DNA from: Alistipes onderdonkii
GTDB taxonomy: Bacteria > Actinomycetota > Coriobacteriia > Coriobacteriales > UMGS124
Reading direction: 5' to 3'
DNA: 57,376 nt
NCBI GenBank assembly: GCA_963648855.1
Contig: CAVJGP010000003.1
Span: forward strand, 1 to 57,376
Below are positions 28,028-37,013 of the stretch, in pieces. Position 1 is the stretch's first letter. The number at the start of each line of letters is the position of its first letter. A program made the position numbers and the translations under genes. A model generated the notes under the pieces. The model was not told the origin of the DNA. It did not search any database and saw only the letters and a program-made list of their open reading frames with translations.

Positions 28028-29671
28028 ATGGTCCGAAAACAGACATGCCGTGCATCCCTGGGCTTTGCGGCGTCCCTGTCATGCGCCGCCCTGCTGCTTG
28101 CCCTCGGGGCGGTCGAGGGGGCCGCGACCCCCTATGCCCTGGCCGAGGAGGCGACGCAGGCCTCCTCCACCCAGGTGGCGACGGCCCGCGCCGAGCTCAC
28201 GGCCAAGGTGACGCTGACCGGCTCGACCTTGTCGGCCAACCAGTTTTCCTTCAGCGCCGAGCCGCTCGACTCTGCGCCCGCCCCCGAGCAGGGGAGCGCC
28301 TCCAACGACGCGGACGGGTCGGTGAGCTTTGGCTCCTTATCGTTCACCGCGCCGGGCGACTACACGTACCGCGTGACCCAGAGGGCCGGCGACCTTGCGA
28401 GCGTCGAGTACGACGACTCGGTCTTCGACGTGGTGTTCCATGTGGGCGCCGACGCGTCGACGGGAGCCCTTGAGGTCACCTCTACTGAGGGCACTGCCGT
28501 GTTCTCCAATGCCGTTGAGGTGTCGAGCGAAGAGGTTGCGCCTGCTGCGGCAAGCGTCGATCTGTCTACGAAGGTGAGCGTGGAGGGTGCCTCGCTCAAC
28601 GCGGGCGCGTTCGTCTTCCGCATCACCTTGAAGGACGGCGCCCCCGAGCCTGAGCAGACCATGGCGGTCAACGCCCAGGACGGCACGGTCGACTTCGGTG
28701 GGGCCTCCTTCACGAGCGCTGGCACCTACACCTACGAGGTCACGCAGGTGCCGGGCGAGACGAGCGGCATGACGTATGACGACTCGGTCATCACGCTCAC
28801 TGTGACGGTTGCGCAGAACTCGGCAAAGACCGCGCTCCAGGCAAGCGTCAAGTCCTCCAGCTCGGCAGGCTTCAAGAACACCTACTCCTCCGCGTCTGCG
28901 CAGTCTGACTCTGCCCAGGACCAGGCCACGCAGCACAACGCGGTCGCCATCATCACGGCCTCGGTGAGCAGGGAGGCGGGCACGATGGCGGCCGGGGCCT
29001 TCTCGTTCGACATCGTGGACGGGTCGGGCGCGGTGGTGACCACGGGCGTGAACGACGCCAACGGCACGGTGCGCTTCTCGGCTATCGAGCTCACGCAGGC
29101 GGGCACGTACTCCTACACCGTCAAGCCTGCGGCAGGGGTGCAGCTTTCCGCCTCGCAGGAGAAGGATTCGTTCCCGGTGGAGGTCACGGTCGAGGACGCG
29201 GGCAGCGGCCTGTTGGCCACCGTGTCGTACCCTGACGGCCGTCCCAGCTTCGTCGCGGTCTCGTCGTCGAGCCAGGGCACGTCCTCTCAGGACCAGGACG
29301 CTGCCGACCTGGCGAGCCAGGTAGGTGCTGCCATCTCCCCGACGATGATCGTGATCGCCGTTGTGGGAGGCGTCGTGCTCATCGCGGCCGTCATCGCCAT
29401 CATCTGGCTGCAGTCGCGCTCGAAGGCAAAGGCCGGTCAGGGGCCTGCCCGCACTACGACGACAACGGGTGGATCCGCACCTGCGGGTCTGAAGCCCATC
29501 GAGCACCCCGTGTCGGCCGAGGACGTGTCCGGCAAGACCGCCCGGAAAGTGGTGGTGGACGTGCCGGTCATTAGCTCGGGCGCGCAAGGTGCAAAGAAGG
29601 CGCGCGACAAGGAGGAGGACGCGGCTGAGAAGAGTGCGACGGCGCAAGCTTCTGGCGGCGAGGAGGCCTAG
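28028..29671 (+). CDS. Secreted surface protein: signal peptide, three pilin-isopeptide-linkage-like (Spy0128-type) repeats, C-terminal TM anchor and charged tail
   Basis: Signal peptide MVRKQTCRASLGFAASLSCAALLLALG after GAGGAGG. Three ~110-aa repeats share F.F......P.P....N..DG.V.F....FT..G.Y.Y.V......YDDSV..V.V.V. TM segment IVIAVVGGVVLIAAVIAIIWL. No LPxTG. Confidence 0.7.
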   Translation: MVRKQTCRASLGFAASLSCAALLLALGAVEGAATPYALAEEATQASSTQVATARAELTAKVTLTGSTLSANQFSFSAEPLDSAPAPEQGSASNDADGSVSFGSLSFTAPGDYTYRVTQRAGDLASVEYDDSVFDVVFHVGADASTGALEVTSTEGTAVFSNAVEVSSEEVAPAAASVDLSTKVSVEGASLNAGAFVFRITLKDGAPEPEQTMAVNAQDGTVDFGGASFTSAGTYTYEVTQVPGETSGMTYDDSVITLTVTVAQNSAKTALQASVKSSSSAGFKNTYSSASAQSDSAQDQATQHNAVAIITASVSREAGTMAAGAFSFDIVDGSGAVVTTGVNDANGTVRFSAIELTQAGTYSYTVKPAAGVQLSASQEKDSFPVEVTVEDAGSGLLATVSYPDGRPSFVAVSSSSQGTSSQDQDAADLASQVGAAISPTMIVIAVVGGVVLIAAVIAIIWLQSRSKAKAGQGPARTTTTTGGSAPAGLKPIEHPVSAEDVSGKTARKVVVDVPVISSGAQGAKKARDKEEDAAEKSATAQASGGEEA

Positions 29672-29761
29672 GCGCGCCGGGGCGCTCATGCGTGTCCGTG
29701 TTTGCGTCCGGCTGTTTGGCAAGCGCTATTGAGCGTGTGCCCTACATAGCAGGAATTTTGA

Positions 29762-29791
29762 GGGCGGGGCCTTTGGGCTCCGCCCTTTTTC
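29762..29791 (+). terminator. Intrinsic terminator after the surface-protein gene
   Basis: agggcggggcc/ggctccgccct stem (one mismatch) followed by a T5 run. Confidence 0.65.
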
Positions 29792-29947
29792 ATGTGCGGC
29801 CCTCATACATGTCGTCACGTGCGCTTTGCAACATGTAAATGAAAAAATTACCAAGTCGAACAAATAACTTTACCCTAGCAAACCGTAAGACTAGAATGAC
29901 TTTTTGTTAGCTGCGTTCAATATCTAACGGACGGGAAGGGAGCACCT

Positions 29948-30172
29948 ATGTCTGGAGCACTGCCTTTGTCTATGGCACAGGGCGGCCGCGTCATGCACGT
30001 GGAGTCGGTTCACGGCAACGCGGAGATGCACCGTCACCTGGAGTCGCTGGGCTTTGTGGACGGCGCCGAGCTCGAGGTCGTCTCGCAGGGCGGCGGCACG
30101 GTCATCGTGACCATCAAGGGTTCACGTCTGGGACTTAACGAGCAGACCGCTCGTCACGTCTTCGTGATGTAA
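29948..30172 (+). CDS. feoA: FeoA-family iron transport protein (copy 1)
   Basis: 74-aa SH3-like FeoA pattern (..G....V..V.G.......L..LGF..G..L.V......G..IV...G..L.L) upstream of feoB. Confidence 0.85.
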   Translation: MSGALPLSMAQGGRVMHVESVHGNAEMHRHLESLGFVDGAELEVVSQGGGTVIVTIKGSRLGLNEQTARHVFVM

Positions 30173-30206
30173 GCAACGATTTTCACGTCATCGGAAGGAG
30201 GAGAGA

Positions 30207-30431
30207 ATGAAGACACTGCGCGATGTCGCCGTCGGAGAGGACGCTACGGTCGTGCGTCTTGCGGGCCAGGGAGCCCTCAAGCGCAGGATCATGGACATGG
30301 GCCTCACCAAGGGCGCCACGGTTCATGTGCGCAAGGTAGCCCCGCTGGGCGACCCCATCGAGGTCACCGTGCGCGGCTATGAGCTGTCGCTTCGCAAGGA
30401 CGAGGCTCAGAACGTGATCGTCGAGGAGTAA
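30207..30431 (+). CDS. feoA: FeoA-family iron transport protein (copy 2)
   Basis: LRDVAVGEDATVVRLAGQGALKRRIMDMGLTKGATVHVRKVAPLGDPIEV is the canonical FeoA sequence. Confidence 0.9.
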   Translation: MKTLRDVAVGEDATVVRLAGQGALKRRIMDMGLTKGATVHVRKVAPLGDPIEVTVRGYELSLRKDEAQNVIVEE

Positions 30432-30514
30432 CGTCCCGACATCCGAAAGAGACGGGCCGCATGGCCCGCAGGTGAAGGCATCGCCTCGCCAGCAATCCCC
30501 AGGAGGAATCAACT

Positions 30515-32797
30515 GTGAGCATTCAAGTTGCTCTCGCCGGTAACCCAAACTGCGGTAAGACCACGCTCTTCAACCGCATTACCGGCGAAAACGGCTACGT
30601 CGGCAACTGGCCCGGCGTCACCGTCGAGAAGAAGCAGGCCAAGCTGCTTGCCGACAAGGACGTCACCATCACGGACTTGCCCGGCATCTACTCGCTGTCG
30701 CCCTACTCGCCCGAGGAGGTGTGCTCGCGCGACTACCTGGTGAACGACCGACCCGACGTCGTGGTCAACCTGGTCGACTCCACCAACATCGAGCGCAGCC
30801 TCTACCTCACCACGCAGATCCTCGAGCTCGGCCTGCCCGTGGTCATCGCGCTCAACATGACCGACCTTCTCAAGAAGAACGGCGACGTGGTCAACACCGC
30901 CAAGCTTTCCGAGCTGTTCGGTTGCCCCGTGTATGAGTGCTCCGCCCTGCGCGGCACCGGCGTCGACGAGGTGATCGAGGCCGCCAAGAAGGCCGCCGCT
31001 TCCAAGAAGCCCGCTGCGCCGACGGTCAAGTTCTCCGACAAGCTCGAGGGCGCCCTCTCCCAGATCGACCAGATCGCCGGGGCCGCCGCTCCCGCTGCGC
31101 TCAAGCGCTGGTACTCCGTGAAGCTCTTCGAGGGCGACGAGACCGCCGTCGAGCAGCTCAAGCTCTCCGCCGACAAGGTGGCCAAGGTCAAGGCCATCTC
31201 CGAGGCCCTTGAGAAGGAGCTTGAGGACGACGCCGAGTCCATCGTGACCGGCGAGCGCTACGACCTCATCGCCACCGTGGTCTCCGCCTTCTTGACGAGG
31301 GCTCCTAAGAAGGTCTCCACCACCGAGAAGATCGACCGCATCGTCACGAGTCGCTGGCTGGGCATCCCGATCTTCATCGTCGTCATGTGCCTCGTGTACT
31401 ACGTGGCCGTGGTGACGGTGGGCACCTGGGGCACCGACTGGGCCAACGACGGCGTCTTCGGCGACGGCTGGTTCCTGGGTGGCGGCCAGGAGGCCTACGA
31501 CGAGGCTGTCGAGGCCGCCGGCGAGGACGGCGAGGTCAACCCCTCCGACTACGGCATCTACATCACCGGCATCCCGGTCATCGTGGGCGACGCCCTCACC
31601 AACGCAGGCGTGGAGGGCTGGGTTCAGAGCCTCGTGGTCGACGGCGTCATCGGCGGCGTGGGCGCCATCCTGGGCTTCGTGCCTCAGATGATCGTGCTCT
31701 TCGCCTTCCTGTGCCTGCTTGAGGACTGCGGCTACATGGCCCGTGTCGCCTTCGTCATGGACCGCGTCTTCCGCCGCTTCGGCCTGTCGGGCAAGTCGTT
31801 CATCCCGATGCTCATCTCCACGGGCTGCGGCGTTCCCGGCGTCATGTCCACCAAGACGATCGAGAACGAGGCCGAGCGTCGCATGACCACCATGACCACG
31901 ACGTTCATGCCCTGCGGCGCCAAGGCCCCCATCATCGCCCTGCTCATGGGCGCCCTCGTGGGTGCTGACTCCGAGTCCTGGTGGGTCGTGCCGCTCTTCT
32001 ACTTCATGGGCATCGCCGCCATCATCATCTCCGGCATCATGCTCAAGAAGACCAAGTGGTTCGCCGGCGAGGCCTGCCCCTTCATCATGGAGCTGCCCGC
32101 GTACCACCTCCCGGCACTTCGCAGCTACCTGCTGCACATCTGGGAGCGCGTGAAGTCCTTCATCGTCAAGGCCGGTACCATCATCTTCGCCGCCACCGTC
32201 CTGGTGTGGTTCCTCTCCAACTTCGGTTGGGTTGACGGCGTGTTCCAGATGCTCGACGCCGAGATGGAGATTACCGACCCCGCCATCACGAGCTACATGG
32301 ACTACTCCATCCTGGCCGCCTTCGGCAACGCCGTCGGCATCATCTTCGCCCCGCTGGGCTTCGACTCCTGGCAGGCCACCTCGATGACGATCACCGGCCT
32401 CATCGCCAAGGAGAACGTCGTCTCCACCTTCGGTACGCTCTACAACCTCGCCGACTTCGGCGAGGGCGACGCCGAGATGTGGGAGGCCTTCGGCACGATG
32501 GTCTCCAGCCAGGGCGCCCTCATCGCCTTCGGCGCGTTCAACCTGCTGTGCGCCCCCTGCTTCGCTGCCATGGGCACCATCCGCAAGCAGATGAACTCCG
32601 CCAAGTGGTTCTGGATCGCCATCGGCTACGAGTGCTGCTTCGCCTGGGTCGTGGCCCTCATGATCAACCAGTTCTACAACCTGATCGCCCTGGGCCAGTT
32701 CGGTGTATGGACCGTCGTCGCCATCGTCTTCCTGGCGCTGATGCTGTTCCAGCTCTTCCGTCCCATGCCTAAGTTCGAGGTCGAGAAGGCCGCGTAG
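30515..32797 (+). CDS. feoB: Ferrous iron transporter FeoB
   Basis: N-terminal GTPase motif ALAGNPNCGKTTLFN...DLPG plus a large polytopic C-terminal domain. GTG start. Confidence 0.95.
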   Translation: MSIQVALAGNPNCGKTTLFNRITGENGYVGNWPGVTVEKKQAKLLADKDVTITDLPGIYSLSPYSPEEVCSRDYLVNDRPDVVVNLVDSTNIERSLYLTTQILELGLPVVIALNMTDLLKKNGDVVNTAKLSELFGCPVYECSALRGTGVDEVIEAAKKAAASKKPAAPTVKFSDKLEGALSQIDQIAGAAAPAALKRWYSVKLFEGDETAVEQLKLSADKVAKVKAISEALEKELEDDAESIVTGERYDLIATVVSAFLTRAPKKVSTTEKIDRIVTSRWLGIPIFIVVMCLVYYVAVVTVGTWGTDWANDGVFGDGWFLGGGQEAYDEAVEAAGEDGEVNPSDYGIYITGIPVIVGDALTNAGVEGWVQSLVVDGVIGGVGAILGFVPQMIVLFAFLCLLEDCGYMARVAFVMDRVFRRFGLSGKSFIPMLISTGCGVPGVMSTKTIENEAERRMTTMTTTFMPCGAKAPIIALLMGALVGADSESWWVVPLFYFMGIAAIIISGIMLKKTKWFAGEACPFIMELPAYHLPALRSYLLHIWERVKSFIVKAGTIIFAATVLVWFLSNFGWVDGVFQMLDAEMEITDPAITSYMDYSILAAFGNAVGIIFAPLGFDSWQATSMTITGLIAKENVVSTFGTLYNLADFGEGDAEMWEAFGTMVSSQGALIAFGAFNLLCAPCFAAMGTIRKQMNSAKWFWIAIGYECCFAWVVALMINQFYNLIALGQFGVWTVVAIVFLALMLFQLFRPMPKFEVEKAA

Positions 32798-32862
32798 GGA
32801 AGTTCGGGTATCGTGGTCGCGCGGTTTGCGCCACGCGAGCGCAAGATAGTCTGATGAGTGGT

Positions 32863-32896
32863 ATCGGGGTCGGGAAGGCAGCTTTCCGGCCCCGAT
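32863..32896 (+). terminator. Hairpin between feoB and the small Cys-rich gene
   Basis: atcggggtcgggaa/tttccggccccgat forms a 14-bp stem with two G-U pairs, followed by gctttgttt. Confidence 0.4.
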
Positions 32897-32914
32897 GCTT
32901 TGTTTGGAGGGGCC

Positions 32915-33115
32915 ATGAACGTTCAGACCGCTATCGTCTTGCTCATTCTCGCCGCGCTGCTCTTCCTGGCGCTACGCTCGATTAAAAAGAGCAAGGACGA
33001 GGGAAAGTGCACGGGGTGCACGGAAGAGGGCTGCGCCGGCCACGAGGACGGTGGCACGTGCCCGTCGGTGGCGCGCGCCCTCGACGAGGTGAACCGCAAG
33101 CTCGGAGACGACTGA
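32915..33115 (+). CDS. FeoB-associated Cys-rich small membrane protein
   Basis: 66 aa: an N-terminal TM helix (IVLLILAALLFLAL) followed by CTGCTEEGCAGHEDGGTC, immediately downstream of feoB. ATG follows GGAGG. Confidence 0.7.
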   Translation: MNVQTAIVLLILAALLFLALRSIKKSKDEGKCTGCTEEGCAGHEDGGTCPSVARALDEVNRKLGDD

Positions 33116-33300
33116 CGGCGAGCGCGCGTCCCCACGCGGGGGAATGCCTGTCTTGTGGCGCGGCTTGTGGCGTATGGGTAGGGGCATCGACCGCGCAGAT
33201 GCAGGCAACCATGCGGTAACAATCGTGTGGCAAAGTAACCCTGTTGGGTTCTGCGTTTGCGATAGTTTTGACTACGCCTTGCGAAGGGAGAATCACCACG

Positions 33301-34683
33301 ATGGTCGAGGCGAATGACGCCTGCTTTGACGACGCCCGCCAGAGCATGCTCCATGAGGACATCGAGTTCGTGTTGCGCACCGTAGAGGAGCGCGACGTCC
33401 ACTTCATCCAGTTTTGGTTTACCGACACCCTCGGCAACCTCAAGTCGTTCGCGGCAACCTCCGGCGAGCTTGAGGACGCCCTTAAGGAGGGCTTGGGCTT
33501 CGACGGCTCCAGCGTGGCGGGTTTCTCCAAGGTAGAGGAATCGGACTGCATCGCCATGCCCGACCCCTCAACGTTCCAAATCCTTCCCTGGCGTCCCCAG
33601 CAGCACGGCGCCGCGCGCATGTTCTGCGACATCAAGACGCCCACGGGTGAGGCGTTCGAGGGCGACCCCCGCGCGGTTCTGCGCCGCCTGTGCGACGAGG
33701 CCTTCGACCACGGCCTGGTCTGCAGCCTGAGCCCGGCCATCGAGCACTTCTACTTCAAGGACTCCAACGGCGTGGAGCTGCTCGACTGCGGCGGCTACTT
33801 CGACAACATGCCCCTCGACTCGGGCAACGACCTGCGCCGCGAGAGCGTCCTCATGCTTGAGCGCATGGGCATCCCGGTGGAGTACTCGCACCACGAGAAC
33901 GCTCCCTCGCAGCACGAGATTCACCTGCGCTACGCCGACGCGTGCTCAATGGCCGACGCCGTCATGACGCATCGCCTGGTGGTGAAGCAGATCGCCCAAG
34001 CGCACGACTGCTACGCCACCTTCATGCCCAAGCCCTGCGCGGAGTTCGACGGCTCGGGCATGCACCTGCACCTGGCCCTGCACGACCTCGACGGCAACAA
34101 CCTCTTCTACGACCCCGCCGACCCCGAGGGCTACCAGCTCTCCCAGACGGCCAAGTACTTCCTGGCCGGCCTTCTCAAGTACGCGCCGGAGTACACGCTG
34201 CTCACCAACCAGTATGTGAACTCCTACAAGCGCTTCGTCTCGGGCTTCGACGCGCCGCTCTACGTTACCTGGGCGCAGGCCAACCGCAGCGCCCTTGTGC
34301 GCGTGCCGCACTACAAGGCCGGCAAGGTCCTGTCCTCCCGCCTCGACCTGCGCAGCCCCGACCCGGCCTGCAACCCCTACCTGGCCTTCACGGGCGTCTT
34401 CGCCGCGGGCCTCAAAGGCGTCGAGGAGAAGCTCGATCCTCCGGCCGCGCTGCCCCAGAACGTGGCCGAGATGAGCGAGGCTGAGATTGCCGCCCTGGGC
34501 ATCAAGCGCCTGCCCTCCACGCTGGGCCAGGCCATCGAGAGCTTCGAGGCTTCCAGCCTTATGCGCGAGGTTCTCGGCGACCACGTTTTCGAGTATATTG
34601 TGGCCACCAAGAAGGCCGAGTGGGCCGAGTACTGCTCCCATGTGGGCCATTGGGAGCTCCAGCACTACCTGCCCACGCTCTAA
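33301..34683 (+). CDS. glnA: Type I glutamine synthetase
   Basis: VHFIQFWFTDTLGNLKSF, GFDGSS, HHENAPSQHEI and SGMHLHL motifs. ATG 33301 is preferred over TTG 33244. Confidence 0.93.
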   Translation: MVEANDACFDDARQSMLHEDIEFVLRTVEERDVHFIQFWFTDTLGNLKSFAATSGELEDALKEGLGFDGSSVAGFSKVEESDCIAMPDPSTFQILPWRPQQHGAARMFCDIKTPTGEAFEGDPRAVLRRLCDEAFDHGLVCSLSPAIEHFYFKDSNGVELLDCGGYFDNMPLDSGNDLRRESVLMLERMGIPVEYSHHENAPSQHEIHLRYADACSMADAVMTHRLVVKQIAQAHDCYATFMPKPCAEFDGSGMHLHLALHDLDGNNLFYDPADPEGYQLSQTAKYFLAGLLKYAPEYTLLTNQYVNSYKRFVSGFDAPLYVTWAQANRSALVRVPHYKAGKVLSSRLDLRSPDPACNPYLAFTGVFAAGLKGVEEKLDPPAALPQNVAEMSEAEIAALGIKRLPSTLGQAIESFEASSLMREVLGDHVFEYIVATKKAEWAEYCSHVGHWELQHYLPTL

Positions 34684-34701
34684 GCGAAGGATTCGCCCCT
34701 T

Positions 34702-35181
34702 ATGCAGAAGATCGCAAGCTTCACCGTCAACCATGAGGACCTGGAACCTGGCGTGTACGTCTCGCGCAAGGATTGGGTGGGCTCGGAGTGCCTCACCACG
34801 TTCGACCTGCGCGTGACCCAGCCCAACGACGAGCCCGTCATGGGCACGGGCGAGGTGCACACCATCGAGCACCTGGGCGCCACGTTTTTGCGCAACGACC
34901 CCGAGTGGGCCGGGCGCACGGTGTACTTCGGGCCCATGGGGTGCCGCACGGGCTTCTACGCAATCTTTGCCGGCGACCTGAGCAGCGCGGACGTTATCGA
35001 CGTCGTCACGCGCATGTTCGAGTTCGTGCGCGACTTCGAGGGCGACATCCCCGGCGCCGCCCCGCGCGACTGCGGTAACTGGCGCGACCAGAACATCGAC
35101 TTCGCCCACTGGTACGCCCGCCGCTATCTTGAGAAGACCCTCTACGGCATCGACGAGAAGCACATGGTGTATCCCGAGTAG
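34702..35181 (+). CDS. luxS: S-ribosylhomocysteine lyase
   Basis: FTVNHEDLEPGVYVSR... and the HTIEH metal motif ...GPMGCRTGFY. Confidence 0.92.
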   Translation: MQKIASFTVNHEDLEPGVYVSRKDWVGSECLTTFDLRVTQPNDEPVMGTGEVHTIEHLGATFLRNDPEWAGRTVYFGPMGCRTGFYAIFAGDLSSADVIDVVTRMFEFVRDFEGDIPGAAPRDCGNWRDQNIDFAHWYARRYLEKTLYGIDEKHMVYPE

Positions 35182-35226
35182 GGGAGCAAGCAATCTCCCT
35201 CGCAGGGCATACGCACGCTAAAGACT

Positions 35227-35265
35227 GCAAGGCCCCCGCATTCGAGTTGAGTGCGGGGGCCTTGC
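35227..35265 (+). terminator. Intrinsic terminator after luxS
   Basis: Perfect 14-bp stem gcaaggcccccgca/tgcgggggccttgc, then tgtttctt. Confidence 0.65.
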
Positions 35266-35461
35266 TGTTTCTTGCTGCGACTTGGGGCTTGCCGTGCCGC
35301 GTCAGAGTCGCATCCGCGCCGAGAGCCGCCGGCCACTGTTGCCGGTTGCAGCCGCCTTCTGCAGTCGCCGGGCGCAGCCGTCGGTTGCTGTTGCGACTGC
35401 AGCAGGCGGCTGCTGTCGCCGGTTGCGGTCTTCGCCGACAGCCTCGGCAGCCGGCCACTAA

Positions 35462-35510
35462 AATCCCCCGTACCTCGGGGCGCGTGATGCGCCGTGAGGT
35501 ACGGGGGATT
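35462..35510 (-). terminator. Long hairpin downstream of gltD (minus strand)
   Basis: Perfect 15-bp stem aatcccccgtacctc/gaggtacgggggatt with an inner ggcgc/gcgcc stem; TTTTAG follows on the minus strand. Confidence 0.6.
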
Positions 35511-35541
35511 GCGCTTTTGCGAGGCTGTCGGGCTATTGCCC

Positions 35542-37002
35542 CTATCCCTTAAGCCAGGCGTTGACGCTGCTCGCGCAGCGAAGGCCCTCGTCGATGGCGT
35601 TCACTACGAGCGAGGCGCCGTGACGGGCGTCGCCGCACACGAAGAAGCCGTCGCGCCCGGCGATCTTGAAGGCGTCCTCGCCCTGGGCGGCCACGCACAC
35701 GGGCAGGCGGCGCGAGCCGTTGGTCATGGCGATGCCCAAGGCGCCGAAGGCGTCGTACTCAGGTCCTGCGAAGCCGCGGGCCACAAGCACGAGGTCGGCC
35801 GGGATGAGGCGTTCGGTGCCGGGGATGGCGACGGGCTTGCCCTGAAGCCAGCGCACCTCGCACACCTTGAGGCTGCGGACGTGGCCCGCCTCGTCCTTCA
35901 CGACCTCGAGCGTGTTGGTGGACCACTGGCGCGGGTCCACGCCCTGGCGAGCGGCGGCTTCGAGCTGGCCGTAGTCCTCGGTGTACACGTTGGGCCAGGT
36001 AGGCCAGGGGTTCGAGGAGTCGCGCGAGATGGGGGGCGCGGGGTGGTACTGCAGCTGCGTGACGCTCTTGGCTCCCTGGCGAAGCGCCGTGGCCAGGCAG
36101 TCGGTGCCCGTGTCACCGCCGCCCACGACCACCACGTCGAGGCCCCGGGCGTCGATCTCGGGGGCGTCAAGGCCGTCGAGCACTGCCTTCGTGGCGCTCG
36201 TGAGGTAGTCCAGGGCCAGCACCACGCCCTGCGCGTCAGAGCCGGGAACGTCGAGCGTGCGGGCCTTGGTGGCGCCGACGGCCACCACGACGGCGTCGAA
36301 CTCGGCGGCAATCGAGGAGTTCGCCGGGCTGTTGAGCTCGATGGTGCAGCCAGCCTGCTTCAGCAGCTCGATGCGGCGCAGAACCGTCTCCTTGGGCAGC
36401 TTCATGCAGGGGATGCCGTACATGAGCAGGCCGCCGGGCCTGTCAGCCTTCTCGAAGACGGTGACGTCGTGGCCCTTCTGCGTGAGCTGCCAGGCGCAGG
36501 CCAGGCCAGCGGGGCCCGAGCCCACGACGGCGACGCGCTTGCCGGTCTTGGCGCGGGGCACGGGAGCGTGCACGTAACCCTCCTCGAACGCCTTCTCGGC
36601 GATGGCGTTCTCGTTGTCCCTGATGCAGGTGGGGTCGTCGTGCAGGCCCAGGTTGCAGGCCTTCTCGCACAGCGCCGGGCACACGCGCCCCGTGAACTCG
36701 GGGAAGGGGTTGCGCAGCGTCATGCGCTCGTAGGCCTCCTTCCACAGGCCGCGCCACACGAGGTCGTTCCACTCGGGAATGAGGTTGTGCAGGGGGCACC
36801 CCGAGACGCCCTTGCTCGTGCCGAACTTCAAGCCCGACTGGCAGAAGGCCACGCCGCACGCCATGCAGCGCCCGGCCTGGGCGCGCTGCTCAGGCTCGGA
36901 GTTGGGGATGATGATGTCGTCCCAGTCGCCCAGGCGGGAGTGAACGGGACGCGTGGAATGCTCCACGCGGCCTTGAGTGAGAAATCCACTTATCTGTCCC
37001 AT
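35542..37002 (-). CDS. gltD: Glutamate synthase (NADPH) small subunit
   Basis: 486 aa; Fe-S Cys motifs (CMACGVAFC...C), VAVVGSGPAGLACA and VVVVGGGDTGTDC dinucleotide folds, downstream of gltB. Confidence 0.93.
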   Translation of the reverse strand: MGQISGFLTQGRVEHSTRPVHSRLGDWDDIIIPNSEPEQRAQAGRCMACGVAFCQSGLKFGTSKGVSGCPLHNLIPEWNDLVWRGLWKEAYERMTLRNPFPEFTGRVCPALCEKACNLGLHDDPTCIRDNENAIAEKAFEEGYVHAPVPRAKTGKRVAVVGSGPAGLACAWQLTQKGHDVTVFEKADRPGGLLMYGIPCMKLPKETVLRRIELLKQAGCTIELNSPANSSIAAEFDAVVVAVGATKARTLDVPGSDAQGVVLALDYLTSATKAVLDGLDAPEIDARGLDVVVVGGGDTGTDCLATALRQGAKSVTQLQYHPAPPISRDSSNPWPTWPNVYTEDYGQLEAAARQGVDPRQWSTNTLEVVKDEAGHVRSLKVCEVRWLQGKPVAIPGTERLIPADLVLVARGFAGPEYDAFGALGIAMTNGSRRLPVCVAAQGEDAFKIAGRDGFFVCGDARHGASLVVNAIDEGLRCASSVNAWLKG

Positions 37003-37013
37003 CGTAGCCCCTC

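Noticed and set aside
29820-29860. Possible Fur box in the AT-rich feo promoter (gtaaatgaaaaaattacca)
   Set aside because: It matches the 19-bp Fur consensus at only ~9 of 19 positions by my count, which is indistinguishable from generic AT-rich promoter DNA.
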